A stretch of DNA of 64,000 bases from an uncultured Nitrososphaeraceae archaeon. GTDB taxonomy: Archaea; Thermoproteota; Nitrososphaeria; Nitrososphaerales; Nitrososphaeraceae. The stretch is from assembly GCA_963765895.1 (NCBI GenBank), contig CAVXZB010000019.1:224001-288000 (forward strand). The letters are read 5' to 3'. Both the position numbers and the translations under genes were made by a program. The notes under the pieces were generated by a model. That model was not told the origin of the DNA. It was given only the letters and a program-made list of their open reading frames with translations, and searched no databases. This document shows, piece by piece, positions 51,453 to 62,136 of this stretch (the stretch's first letter is position 1; the number at the start of each line of letters is the position of its first letter).

Positions 51453-51935
51453 TTGGAAGTTTCAGACGGCTCATGGTTTTCTTACCAGATAAACGTTCGT
51501 AAAAATCCAAATATACCTGTCAACGCAATAAATCTATTGAAAGATAATTTCCAAGGATTGTGTGACAGGATTGTACATCTAGATAAGTCTATTCGATTTG
51601 CAGGTCTTGCAAATAGCGAAGGTGTTCTGCTAGGAGTTGCTGAGAGAGAGGGTCTGAAACCTCTTTTGACACCGGAACAGAGAGCGCAATATGCTATCAC
51701 AGCAGCAACTAGACAGTACACAAGACTAAGATGGCAGTACCATCTTGGAAAGATCCATTATGCAAGCTCTCACTATTCGAAACTTGTAAGGGCAACTATT
51801 CCTATAACTGATTCTGATAATACACTGAATTATGTGCTATTGCTATCATTTGATGCTAAGACTGAAAATATTCACGAAATCATAACAGGTAGAATAATAC
51901 CGGAGGTAAAATTATCCAGCAGTAGTCTACCGTAA
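51453..51935 (+). CDS. Hypothetical protein, roadblock/profilin-like (DUF6659-like) family
   Basis: DKSIRFAGLAN..G...REGLKPLL...LGKIHY pattern resembles paralogous AOA proteins. Confidence 0.7.
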   Translation: MEVSDGSWFSYQINVRKNPNIPVNAINLLKDNFQGLCDRIVHLDKSIRFAGLANSEGVLLGVAEREGLKPLLTPEQRAQYAITAATRQYTRLRWQYHLGKIHYASSHYSKLVRATIPITDSDNTLNYVLLLSFDAKTENIHEIITGRIIPEVKLSSSSLP

Positions 51936-51997
51936 TGGATTCATCATACTTAAATTTACATACTAGATAAGTTTCTTGACTTTACCTCAAAGCCGTG

Positions 51998-52756
51998 TCA
52001 TTGTTTAGCAGAGATGCCACCATCGACCGTAATAACCGTTCCTGTGATCCATTTCGCGTCCTCAGAAGACAAGTAACTTACTACCCCCGATATATCCTCC
52101 GGTTCTCCTATGCTGCGTAAGGGAAAAGAGGATTCAAGCATATGCCTTGCATTGTCATCTTGAAGATATGGCTCAATCATGGGACTTTTAATTGTAGAAG
52201 GTGCGATACAATTACATCTTATACCAAATTGACCATATTCAACTGCTATGCTTTTTGTCAGCATTATTACTCCTGCCTTGGTTACACCATAGACAGAAAG
52301 TGGAACGTTTGCTATTGACCTAATTCCCAGTAAAGATGAGATATTTATTATATTCCCAGCATTTTTTTCGATCATTATTGGCAAGACAGATTTGATGAAT
52401 CTGAACGTACCTATCAGATTCACATTGATTAGCAAATTCCACTGGTCGTCGTTCATCAAATGAAAGGGAGTGGGATCGCTAATTACGCCAGCACTGTTTA
52501 CTAAAATATCAACTGTATCAAATTTCGATATAGTCTGGTCAATAGCGCTCAAAACTTCAGCTTCTTTTGTAATATCGGTGCGTACGGCCAAAACATCTCT
52601 TTTGTTGCCAAGGGCAGCATTAATCTCAGATAACTTAGTTCTGTCTCTGCCAATTAATACAACTTTGCATCCCTCTGAAAGCAATCTTTTTGCCGTGACT
52701 TTACCCACTCCTCCGGTTGCTCCGGTAATAATAGCAACCTTCCCATTTAGTTTCAT
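51998..52756 (-). CDS. Short-chain dehydrogenase/reductase (FabG-like)
   Basis: TGATGGVG, VNSAG, NISS, YGVTK, VDGG. Confidence 0.93.
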   Translation of the reverse strand: MKLNGKVAIITGATGGVGKVTAKRLLSEGCKVVLIGRDRTKLSEINAALGNKRDVLAVRTDITKEAEVLSAIDQTISKFDTVDILVNSAGVISDPTPFHLMNDDQWNLLINVNLIGTFRFIKSVLPIMIEKNAGNIINISSLLGIRSIANVPLSVYGVTKAGVIMLTKSIAVEYGQFGIRCNCIAPSTIKSPMIEPYLQDDNARHMLESSFPLRSIGEPEDISGVVSYLSSEDAKWITGTVITVDGGISAKQ

Positions 52757-52993
52757 AGCTGATAAACCAATTTTCTTTTTAAAGTACTTTTCGTATTTTG
52801 TTCTCTCAATATACAACTGGACTGTAAATAGTGAAATCGAGCCGACTTGGCGGGTAGTTGGCTTGCTACCGATTGATTAGCTACGTAATCGTGAGGTAAT
52901 CTCTATGAACTGGCGTAGCAGCTCAGAGCAATCAGCTACTCCGCTAAAGCTGAGAAAAAAAATACTTTAAGATGTAAATCTAATTCTGAATTA

Positions 52994-54818
52994 GTGGATT
53001 CCAAAAAATTCGTGCTAGATACTAGTATTATCATTGATGGGGAAATAACAAGAATGCTAGAGCTCAAGAGGATCAAAACCGGCAGCGAAGTAATCATTCC
53101 TCTGGCCGTTTTAGATGAACTCCAATCACAGGCGTCGGTTAATAAAGAACATGGGTTTGTAGGGTTAGAAGAAGTCAAAAGAATCAGGGATCTGTGTTTA
53201 AAAAATGAGATTCTTCTCAGTTTCGTTGGAGAACGACCTGATCTTGAGGATATTAAACTAGCTAAACGTGGCAGAATTGATGCCATGATCAAGGATGTAG
53301 CTTTAAACGAAAAGGCAACACTTGTAACCGCTGACTTTGTCCAATCATTGGTCGCAGAAGCTCAAGGGGTGGAATCCCTGTATATATCAAATCCTCCTAA
53401 GACGTCAAATCTTTCATTCGAGGATTATTTTGATGATAACACAATGAGTGTACATATAAAGGAAGGTGTCTGCCCATTTGCCAAAAAAGGCATCCCCGAC
53501 AACTTTAAGCTCACCCGTATCAAAGAAGTTGGTACGTCCCATAAAGAAATCTCGTCCATAATAACTGAAATAAGTGAAGCATCGCGAGTCAGCGGCATTG
53601 GAAAGGTTGAAATTAGCAGGAGTGGCGCGACCGTCATACAATATGGAAAGTACCGCATTTCTATCACTAGACCACCTTTCTCGGACGCGATAGAGGTAAC
53701 CATAGTAAAGCCAATAGTGAAGCTCACCCTCGGTGACTATTCTATCTCGAAAAAATTAACTGAGAAGCTTTCAACTGGAGCCGAAGGCATTATTATTTCC
53801 GGCCCTCCAGGGTCTGGAAAAAGCACATTCGCTAGCGAGCTTGGCAGAATTTTATGTGTCAAACGAGAAAATAGTAAAAACCTTCGAATCTCCACGAGAT
53901 TTACAGGTTCCGGATGAAGTAACTCAGTACGCGCCATTGGAAGGAAGTTTTGAGAAGGCAGTTGATATTCTCTTACTAGTAAGACCGGATTATACAATCT
54001 TCGATGAGGTCAGAAGGGCACCCGACTTTGAAGTGTTTGCTGACATGAGACTAGCGGGAGTTGGAATGGTAGGAGTAGTTCATGCCAGTAGCCCGCTTGA
54101 TGCCATTCAAAGGTTTATAGGCAGGGTTGAACTGGGAATGATTCCCCATATTCTAGATACTATAATCTTCATCAAGGGAGGGCGTATACAAAAGGTGTAT
54201 GAAGTAACACTTACAGTGAAGGTACCTAGTGGAATGGCGGAAGCCGACCTCGCCAGACCGTTAGTTGAGGTTAGGGATTTCGAGTCTGGGATGGTTGAAT
54301 ACGAAATATACACCTACGGCGAGGAAAATGTAGTTGTACCGGTTGTCGAAGCAAATTCTCCTATTTCTGATAATCCGATGTTCAAATTGGCAGAGTCAAG
54401 AATTAAGGATGTAATAAGAAGATTTGATCCCGAAGCAGAGATAACCATTTTATCGAACAATCGAGCACAAATTTTGGTCAATAAGAATGTAGTCCCGAGG
54501 ATTATTGGCAAAGGTGGATCTACAGTTTCTGAATTGGAAAAAATTCTCGGAATAAAGCTAGATGTGGATGCGAAAAATTCGGCGAGTCAACGCGAAATTA
54601 ATTTTGAATTTGATGAAAGTGGTTCATCAATCTCGATATACCTGCCGGACTCCCTGGTCGGGAAGATGGTAGATATCCACGTAGATAACGAGTACATATT
54701 TAGCAGCCAGGTTGGTAAAAAAGCTAGAATTAAAATTGACAAGGGAACCGATAATGGTAAACGACTTATGGGAGCCTTTCGCGAAGCGCAAGAAATAAAG
54801 ATATTTTACTCAAGGTAG
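52994..54818 (+). CDS. PIN-domain/PilT-type ATPase with KH domain (PINA-like) (apparent frameshift near 53837)
   Basis: PIN VLDTSIII; P-loop GPPGSGKST; ESPRDL, RPDYTIFDEVR, GVVHA; KH IIGKGG. Confidence 0.9.
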
Positions 54819-54949
54819 TCTGCTATTGGAGTTTAAGATTTTAACCTGTCCTAATTTTTCCTTCCGAATAAAGTCAGAAATGACAACGACGCAGTATAAT
54901 AGACTTGGATGGAACTGATGGCTAAGGATAATTCCGGTGAAATAAATTA

Positions 54950-56284
54950 ATGAAAATTGCATTATCGATTGCGGGCAGTGATTCTTCTGCGGGCGCTGGA
55001 ATTCAGGCTGATCTTAAAACCTTTTCTTCTCTTGGAGTGTATGGCTGCACAGCACTCACGACTATCACTTGTCAAACAGGATCTGGAATTTCAGGAATTC
55101 TACAAGTTTCACCAAAAATGATTGAAAAACAGATTCAGGCAATATTAGATGACATAACCCCCGATGCAGTTAAGATAGGAATGGTGTATGGAAAAAATGC
55201 CATCAGTTCAATCAGAAAAGTCTTGAAAGAGTCAAAAATTCCAATGATACTGGATCCGGTGATGATCGCGGGAACTGGAGAACGACTTTTAAATTCAGAC
55301 GCCATTACAGACCTAATCACTCATCTCCTGCCACTGTCAACTGTAGTTACCCCAAATAAATTCGAGGCAGAAGTACTATCTGGCCTAAAAATTAATTCTG
55401 TGCAATCTGCAATAACTGCTGCCGAGAAGATCAGGAAGAAAGGGGCCAACAACGTGGTCTTGAAAGGCGGACACTTACCCGGTAGATTTTCGACGGATAT
55501 TATTCTGAATTCTAGAAATCACGTATTTGAGTTATCAAACCACAGACTGACGTATGATCGCATGCATGGTGGAGGCTGTACTTTTTCAGCATCTTTGACT
55601 GCATATGTCGCTAAAAACTATGCGATTGTTGACGCATGTAGATGTGCCAATCAGTTTACGCACAGTTCCTTGAAGAATAGGATTGTTATAGGCTCTAAAT
55701 TCATTATCAATAGTCCATTCTTCAAACTTTACGAGCTTGCTGACCGGTACGAGGTCTATAGTAGTCTACAACGTGCCATCGAGATGATTGAGGCAACACC
55801 GAATTTTGGTAAATTGATACCCGAAACTCAGTCGAATTTAGCCTATTCTGTATCAGAGCCCAGTGATATTGATGATATCATGGCTGTCAAGGGAAGAATT
55901 GTTAAAGTAGGAGACAACGCTAAGCCTGTATCGAGTTTAAGGTTTGGTGTCTCAAAACATATTGCAGCCGCAATCCTAGGATACATGAAGTTCAGACCTA
56001 ACATGAGATCCGCGATGAATATAAAGTACAGTTCAAGAATTATCCTAGAAGCTCGTAGGTTTTTTTCAGTTTCAAGTTATGATCGTACAAAAGAACCCAA
56101 ACAATCAAAGAGAAGAGAAGGCCATTCAGTAGCTTGGGGAATTAACCAAGCTCTACTTAAAAATCCTACTGCAGATATTATTTATCATCAGGGGGACTTT
56201 GGGAAGGAGGCGATGACTATTGTATTTGCGCCTACGCCTATTGATGTAGTAAAGAAGTTGAAACACATCTTAAGGTACTACTAG
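54950..56284 (+). CDS. thiDN: Bifunctional HMP/HMP-P kinase and thiamine-phosphate synthase (ThiD-ThiN)
   Basis: IAGSDSSAGAGIQADLKT, KIGM, TPN, HGGGCT; ThiN part LIPETQSN, GRI, FGVSKH, GDFGKE. Confidence 0.93.
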   Translation: MKIALSIAGSDSSAGAGIQADLKTFSSLGVYGCTALTTITCQTGSGISGILQVSPKMIEKQIQAILDDITPDAVKIGMVYGKNAISSIRKVLKESKIPMILDPVMIAGTGERLLNSDAITDLITHLLPLSTVVTPNKFEAEVLSGLKINSVQSAITAAEKIRKKGANNVVLKGGHLPGRFSTDIILNSRNHVFELSNHRLTYDRMHGGGCTFSASLTAYVAKNYAIVDACRCANQFTHSSLKNRIVIGSKFIINSPFFKLYELADRYEVYSSLQRAIEMIEATPNFGKLIPETQSNLAYSVSEPSDIDDIMAVKGRIVKVGDNAKPVSSLRFGVSKHIAAAILGYMKFRPNMRSAMNIKYSSRIILEARRFFSVSSYDRTKEPKQSKRREGHSVAWGINQALLKNPTADIIYHQGDFGKEAMTIVFAPTPIDVVKKLKHILRYY

Positions 56285-56344
56285 GCCGAGCTGGTGAAAG
56301 GTTATTATAAATGGAAGATTTCGAACATCATTGAATTATAGCAA

Positions 56345-57079
56345 ATGAAAGCCGCTATCCTCGCTGGAGGCTTGGGCACCAGATTACAGCCCTACACCTT
56401 TTTCATCCCCAAACCGATGCTGCCTCTTGGTAATAAGCCGCTCTTGGAACTTATAATCGAGTGGCTAAAGAGCAAACGGGGTGGGAAAATCGAGCATATT
56501 ATACTTTGTGTGAGTTACCTGCATAGAGCTATAGAAGAATATTTTGAGAATGGATCTAGATTTGGCGTGAAGATTGAATATGCTAGATCAGATCGTCCTC
56601 TGGCCACTGCAGGTCAGTTAAAGACTGCTGAAAAATATCTTCAGGATGAAAGCTTTGTCTGCGTGTATGGCGATTCTATCTATGAATTTAATCTCGATAA
56701 AATGATAATTGAGCATCACGATTCAAACGCCTTTCTTTCAATGGCCTTATTATCGTATAAGACTAACCTTAAATATGGTTTTATTGACCTCGACGGTGGC
56801 AATAATGCTAATGGCCTCAACGGTAGGGTGACAAGGTGGAGAGAAAAGCCTGAAATCACAGGCCTAATTAACATTGGATGTTACGTAATTGAGCCAGAAT
56901 TCTTTAAACTAATCCCAAAATCAAGTACATTTGGAATGGACGATGCGGTTAGACGAGCACTTGATGAGAAGAGGGTAATTAAGGGCTACAGAACAAAATC
57001 CGGGTTCATCGATATAGGCGATAAGAGGTCTTATCTTCAAGCATATAAGAAATATGCGGAGAAGTTGGGAAGGATATAA
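56345..57079 (+). CDS. Sugar-phosphate nucleotidyltransferase family protein
   Basis: LAGGLGTRLQPYT, PKPMLP, PLATAG, YGD, EKP, DIG. Confidence 0.92.
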   Translation: MKAAILAGGLGTRLQPYTFFIPKPMLPLGNKPLLELIIEWLKSKRGGKIEHIILCVSYLHRAIEEYFENGSRFGVKIEYARSDRPLATAGQLKTAEKYLQDESFVCVYGDSIYEFNLDKMIIEHHDSNAFLSMALLSYKTNLKYGFIDLDGGNNANGLNGRVTRWREKPEITGLINIGCYVIEPEFFKLIPKSSTFGMDDAVRRALDEKRVIKGYRTKSGFIDIGDKRSYLQAYKKYAEKLGRI

Positions 57080-57159
57080 AGACTTCTAATACTTACATGA
57101 GAATTAGTAGAGACCACCTTACGTGGAATTGTGACTAATGACCTATCGAAGGCTATATA

Positions 57160-57606
57160 TCATTCTAGCCTGATTCTATTTCTCCTTTGATCCCTAGGAT
57201 GCAAGAACTGGTATATCCCAATTAGGACTACCCCGAATCCAGCTATAATAAATACGTAGTTTATTGGATCGAAGGATGATATCATCATCTTTTCTGGAAT
57301 CTTTGGGCTAATAAATCTGAGCGATGTTATACCTACAATCAATATAATACCAGCTGCTATGAGAATTGGCCCTGCACCCTTATCGCGAGAACCTCGTGTC
57401 ATTGCGAACACAATTCCACTAACAACGAGTGCAGGAGCGCCAGACATAGAAACTATCTGTACCATGACTGCAATGGGATCCACAACGGTGTTCGGACCGT
57501 TACCACTCGGACCTATCAGAAAAGTATAAAATGATAACAGCAGAGCCACGTACATCGCGCATAGCCCTAACGAGGCGAAACTGAGCCATGTCTCAAGTTT
57601 CGGCAT
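57160..57606 (-). CDS. Hypothetical four-TM membrane protein
   Basis: 148 aa, four hydrophobic segments. Confidence 0.75.
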   Translation of the reverse strand: MPKLETWLSFASLGLCAMYVALLLSFYTFLIGPSGNGPNTVVDPIAVMVQIVSMSGAPALVVSGIVFAMTRGSRDKGAGPILIAAGIILIVGITSLRFISPKIPEKMMISSFDPINYVFIIAGFGVVLIGIYQFLHPRDQRRNRIRLE

Positions 57607-57644
57607 GCAATATCCTTAAGAGCACCATAATAAATAATATCTCT

Positions 57645-58673
57645 TCACGTGATACCAACAAGACTAGCTAGCTCCTTCCTACAGGCGGATCCTAGAAGTT
57701 CCGCAGACTTCTCTGGAGTTACATCATTGACGTAAACCCCAAAACCTCTCTCCAAGCCGGACCATGTATTCATCTGTGGATAAACTTCGATGTGCCAATG
57801 TATCTGCCGGCTATTCTTCTTTTCCGGTGATAGATGGAAGACTAGGTTAAAAGCTGCATCGTTCAATGCCTTAGACATTCCCCCCAGGGTAGCACGTAGC
57901 ATAAGCGCTAGATCGCCTATTTCCTTCTGCGTAATCTTTGAAAAGGCAGTACTATGTCTCTTTGGATAAATCCAAAATTCATATGGATAAGTTGGTGCCC
58001 AAGGCGAAAATGTTAAGAAACTATCAGTCGCTAATATTTGTCTTGGTCCGCTTGACTCAACTCCAAGAATTTGACATGCCGAACAGGTCCCATGATCGTT
58101 CATATATCTATGATAGGCCTCTGCCTCCATTTCTATTGTAGGTGGGATCGCGGAGAACGTAACCATGTTGAAATGAGGATGAAATAAAGAACCTCCGGCA
58201 CCTGCTCCACTATTGACAAAGATCGACACATAAGTCACACTCTTTTGTGAATACAACCATCTCACTCTATCCTGTACAACGAGTAGTACGTTTGCCCATT
58301 GATCAATTGAAATTTGAGACAATGTCTGGTTATGATCTGGGGAAGCAACTACTACTTGGTGATATCCATAGGCGGGTTCACTGTAATGCGGTTTATCTGA
58401 AAACTCCGATGCAGATAGGGTGGATACTGCGGGATTACTGCTCTGAAAGACCCTAACACACCAACCATCGACAAAACTTTCGTCAGAATCGGATAATCTC
58501 TGTAACATGCCCTCTTTAGCAACTAATGCAATTAGTGCAGGTTCAGTCATCGATTCATTTCCAGGACAATAAGGACATTGATCCTTGTTCATGTCATCCC
58601 TATCACGCTTAATACTATCTATCGGAAGAACTACAAACCTATCCAAAACGTAATCTTTTCTGAGATTGCTCAA
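57645..58673 (-). CDS. galT: Galactose-1-phosphate uridylyltransferase (GalT/HIT family)
   Basis: CPYCPGNE, GGSLFHPH, CSAC, PYEFWIYP, HWHIE. Confidence 0.9.
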   Translation of the reverse strand: MSNLRKDYVLDRFVVLPIDSIKRDRDDMNKDQCPYCPGNESMTEPALIALVAKEGMLQRLSDSDESFVDGWCVRVFQSSNPAVSTLSASEFSDKPHYSEPAYGYHQVVVASPDHNQTLSQISIDQWANVLLVVQDRVRWLYSQKSVTYVSIFVNSGAGAGGSLFHPHFNMVTFSAIPPTIEMEAEAYHRYMNDHGTCSACQILGVESSGPRQILATDSFLTFSPWAPTYPYEFWIYPKRHSTAFSKITQKEIGDLALMLRATLGGMSKALNDAAFNLVFHLSPEKKNSRQIHWHIEVYPQMNTWSGLERGFGVYVNDVTPEKSAELLGSACRKELASLVGIT

Positions 58674-59069
58674 CTAGCTTGTCATGCCTCTAAACATCGT
58701 AGGATACCTTTTAATTAAAGGTTCTCCAGCGATTGCTTCCTCGATTAATTGAATTAAGTATTAACAGGTTTCCGTGTGAGCTAACAAAGACTAATGGCTA
58801 GCAATAAAAAATGACAATAAGGCATATACTAATAATAATCTAGGTGATCGCCAGAACTTACTGGTAAGCCATCTAATACTACATTGGATTATTAGTGAAG
58901 AGGTGGTGTAATCTACTTTGTAAGTTATTTAGTAGAATGAGCGAATTATCAAAGACATAATGATGATGTGGATATTCTGAATTGGGCCGCCCTAGATCTA
59001 AAAAGCGCTGACGGCCATCTTGTTGAGCCTCCATTAGAGATAAATTTCTCGCTATTCTCCTGACTTCTA

Positions 59070-60359
59070 ATGAATGAGTATATAAGACCATGCAAGATTG
59101 TCTATGTTCTTCTAGATGGAGTAGGCGATCTAGCCCATCCAGATTATGGCAATATGACACCTCTTGAAGCGGCAAAAACACCAAACTTGGATTTTTTGAC
59201 TAAGAGAGGATGTATGGGCAATGTTTTAAGTGTTGGGACTGGAATAGCCCCTCAATCTGACATTGCGGTCTTTAATATGCTTGGATACAGCTTCCACGAC
59301 GGTAGTTATGTGGGTAGAGGTGTGATCGAGGCAATCGGATCAGGAATTGACTTTAAGAATGGCGACTTGGCGCTAAGGGGAAATTTTGCTACAGTAGACA
59401 ATGAATCTAGAATCATAGATCGGAGAGCAGGAAGGAATGTTAACGAAAGAGAGTCTCGCGACATATGTCTAAGCCTTAATAAATCTGTCAAATTTAACGA
59501 TCCTGATGCCACGGTTAATATCGTCCCTACTATTTCTCACAGAGTTGTCATAAGATTTCGGCATGCAAGGTACGCGCTATCTGAAAAAATCTCCAACACG
59601 GATCCTGCTTATTCTAAAGTAAATGGGATTGGAATTGCCAAGGCATCATCAAACAAGGAAACAATCATGCAAAGTGAGGCCGTAGATACTTCAGAAGCCG
59701 CCGTCACTTCAGCGAAGCTTCTAAATGAGTTCACTAGCCAAGCCACAGAATTACTAAGAAATCATCCAGTTAATTTAGTACGGTCTTCGTCAGGTCTAAA
59801 ACCCATTAACGGGATTTTGGCACGAGATTCTGGTAACAGGTACCCAAACCTGGAATCTATGAGCACCAAATACGGATTGAATATCGGTGCTATCGTGGAT
59901 ATGCCGGTAGAAGTGGGAATTTGTAAGGTTCTTGGAATGAAGATGTTCAAAGCCGGTGATGTTCAAGACTATCGGACTAAGGCAGCTGTCGTTGCCGATA
60001 TATTAGATAATTTAGACGCCGTATATATTCACATCAAAGGACCTGATGAATACGGACACGATGGAGACTGGCAAGGAAAGAAACAAAGTATTGAGATTAT
60101 CGATAATTCCTTTTTCGGCCCACTCTTGCGTAAACTCAATATTCAAAATACACTATTTGTAATTTCTGGAGATCATTCTACTCCTTGCATAAAGAATAGT
60201 CATAGTGATGATCCTGTCCCTTTATTGCTATCAGGATGCAACATGGAAACAGATGGTAGTGAAAGGTTTACAGAGTATTGGGGACAAAAGGGTAGGTTGG
60301 GTCTAATGATGGGTGAACAAATTCTCGGTCAACTACTGAAAGCGCGATTGAAGAACTGA
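59070..60359 (+). CDS. apgM: 2,3-bisphosphoglycerate-independent phosphoglycerate mutase
   Basis: LDGVGD, TPLEAAKTP, PQSD, GRGVIEA, DRRAGR, HIKGPDEYGHDG, GDHSTP, HSDDPVP. Confidence 0.94.
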   Translation: MNEYIRPCKIVYVLLDGVGDLAHPDYGNMTPLEAAKTPNLDFLTKRGCMGNVLSVGTGIAPQSDIAVFNMLGYSFHDGSYVGRGVIEAIGSGIDFKNGDLALRGNFATVDNESRIIDRRAGRNVNERESRDICLSLNKSVKFNDPDATVNIVPTISHRVVIRFRHARYALSEKISNTDPAYSKVNGIGIAKASSNKETIMQSEAVDTSEAAVTSAKLLNEFTSQATELLRNHPVNLVRSSSGLKPINGILARDSGNRYPNLESMSTKYGLNIGAIVDMPVEVGICKVLGMKMFKAGDVQDYRTKAAVVADILDNLDAVYIHIKGPDEYGHDGDWQGKKQSIEIIDNSFFGPLLRKLNIQNTLFVISGDHSTPCIKNSHSDDPVPLLLSGCNMETDGSERFTEYWGQKGRLGLMMGEQILGQLLKARLKN

Positions 60360-60412
60360 ATTAAATAGGCTTGAAGCCGTATTGTTTAATCAAGGCCACT
60401 GGTGTTATCGGT

Positions 60413-60841
60413 TTATAAATGACTAGACAAGTTAATTCGGCTGTTACCAATCATGCTTACTTTACATTGTTCGCACATTTGTTCATCAATATTTGATTCA
60501 ATGTCATGATGAACGTCACAGATAATCATAGTAAATCGCATATAATTGCAGAGTTGTAGGAATTTCGACATGGTAAAAGGAGTATATGCATTATTTCCGG
60601 CAAGATCCCTGGCTATCTCGTCTATCATTCGCATAACTTCCTGAAAGGAAGTAAGCTTGGTAATCAAATCTATGTCTCCCCTGGTGCCTCTAATGTAATT
60701 GCTCACAGCGGCCTGAGTTATGCCTAGTGCCCTTGCAGCAAGTTCTTCCTTCATCTTGTATTCTCTAATTAATTTTACTGCAAGAATTGCCCTTATGGCT
60801 GGAATAAGAGATTTGGCTTCTATTTCTGCCGGCAAGAGCAT
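60413..60841 (-). CDS. HTH transcriptional regulator (COG2522-like)
   Basis: IPAIRA...AARALGITQAAVSNYIRGTRG; C-terminal C/H cluster. Confidence 0.85.
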   Translation of the reverse strand: MLLPAEIEAKSLIPAIRAILAVKLIREYKMKEELAARALGITQAAVSNYIRGTRGDIDLITKLTSFQEVMRMIDEIARDLAGNNAYTPFTMSKFLQLCNYMRFTMIICDVHHDIESNIDEQMCEQCKVSMIGNSRINLSSHL

Positions 60842-61048
60842 AACAAAAAAAGCCTCTGCTTATTATATAAATCTTCTTCATAACCTGCATTAACAAACCT
60901 TAGTATAATTACAGTCATAGTTAGAGATCAGAATCGTTAGCTCATACTTAAATAACTGTTTTCTTAGAATCTACTAACCAATGGAATATCGATCAGAGGG
61001 CGGGCTTGAATCTGTGGTATAACATGAAGGGAGTTTTTACTAACTAGT

Positions 61049-62128
61049 ATGAATATTAAATTTGGATTTACGCAAGGACTTAATGTCGCTCGCTTAGGAT
61101 TAGATGAGACGCAAATTCTGACAGCCTGTCAGATAGCTGACAGGTTAGACTATGATTCAGTGTGGGTTATGGATCACTCTAATGTTCCGCAATGGAAAAA
61201 TGCTGTCGTCAATGATGCTTGGTTGATGCTAGCTCCCATTGGAGCCTCTACTACAAATGTGGAATTGGGGACCTGTGTCACCGACGCTATACGGAGACAC
61301 CCTTCATCTATAGCCCTTTCAACGATCACACTTGATAGGATAACAAAAGGCCGAGCTATTTTAGGTATAGGCGCAGGAGAAGCACAGAATGTCGTCGATT
61401 TTGGCATAGAATTCAATAAGCCAGTCTCGAAGTTTAAGGAGCAGCTAGAGGTCATTGAACGGCTATTTGACTCCGATCCAGATAACCACGTCAGTTATTC
61501 TGGTGAATACTATAAATTGATAAATGCTTGCCTCCAAGCAAAATCTATCCGAAAACCTAGACCACCTGTGTACATAGCAGCAGGAGCACCAAGGACTCTT
61601 GAGTTATGTTCTAAATATGGGGATGGCTGGATCCCCATAGGCTATACTCCAGAATTGTTTAGACATCATGCCGAGTTTATTAGTGAGAAGGCTCGAAGCT
61701 TTGGTAGAGATCTTTCCAATTTTCAATTTGCCAATGATGTTGATATTTACTTTACTGATGATGGAGAGGAAGCTTGGAACAAGATGAAAAATGCAGTTAA
61801 AGTTAGTCTTTATAAACCAGAACTTCTCAAGGTTCATAACATCCAACAAGATTCAGAATTTGACTTTCGGAGATATTTTACAGAGTATGCCATGAATAAA
61901 CCGGAATTGATGGAACAAATGAAGAAAGCCGCTACGCAAATACCAGATTCAGTTGCAAAAACTGCTATTGGAGTCGGAAAACCAGATGATATAATCCAAA
62001 TGTTGGACAGATTCATTAAGGCTGGAACGAATCACTTTATCATTCGATTCTGGGGCTTTGGATATTTCAAGAACATTGAACTCTTTGGTAATAAGGTAAT
62101 ACCTTATTTTAGAGACCAGTACAGATAG
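61049..62128 (+). CDS. LLM-class flavin/F420-dependent oxidoreductase
   Basis: DSVWVMDH, LGTCVTD..RRHP, LGIGAGE, PVYIAA, GDGW. Confidence 0.9.
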   Translation: MNIKFGFTQGLNVARLGLDETQILTACQIADRLDYDSVWVMDHSNVPQWKNAVVNDAWLMLAPIGASTTNVELGTCVTDAIRRHPSSIALSTITLDRITKGRAILGIGAGEAQNVVDFGIEFNKPVSKFKEQLEVIERLFDSDPDNHVSYSGEYYKLINACLQAKSIRKPRPPVYIAAGAPRTLELCSKYGDGWIPIGYTPELFRHHAEFISEKARSFGRDLSNFQFANDVDIYFTDDGEEAWNKMKNAVKVSLYKPELLKVHNIQQDSEFDFRRYFTEYAMNKPELMEQMKKAATQIPDSVAKTAIGVGKPDDIIQMLDRFIKAGTNHFIIRFWGFGYFKNIELFGNKVIPYFRDQYR

Positions 62129-62136
62129 ACAAGTTC

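Noticed and set aside
5043-54818. Calling the split genes pseudogenes or programmed frameshifts
   Set aside because: Essential genes are hit, both halves are otherwise intact, all breaks are +1 insertions and there is no shared slippery motif.
58934-58980. Second C/D box sRNA upstream of apgM (TGATGA...CTGA)
   Set aside because: Only a 10-nt spacer, no clear C/D' pair or terminal stem; chance occurrence is likely.
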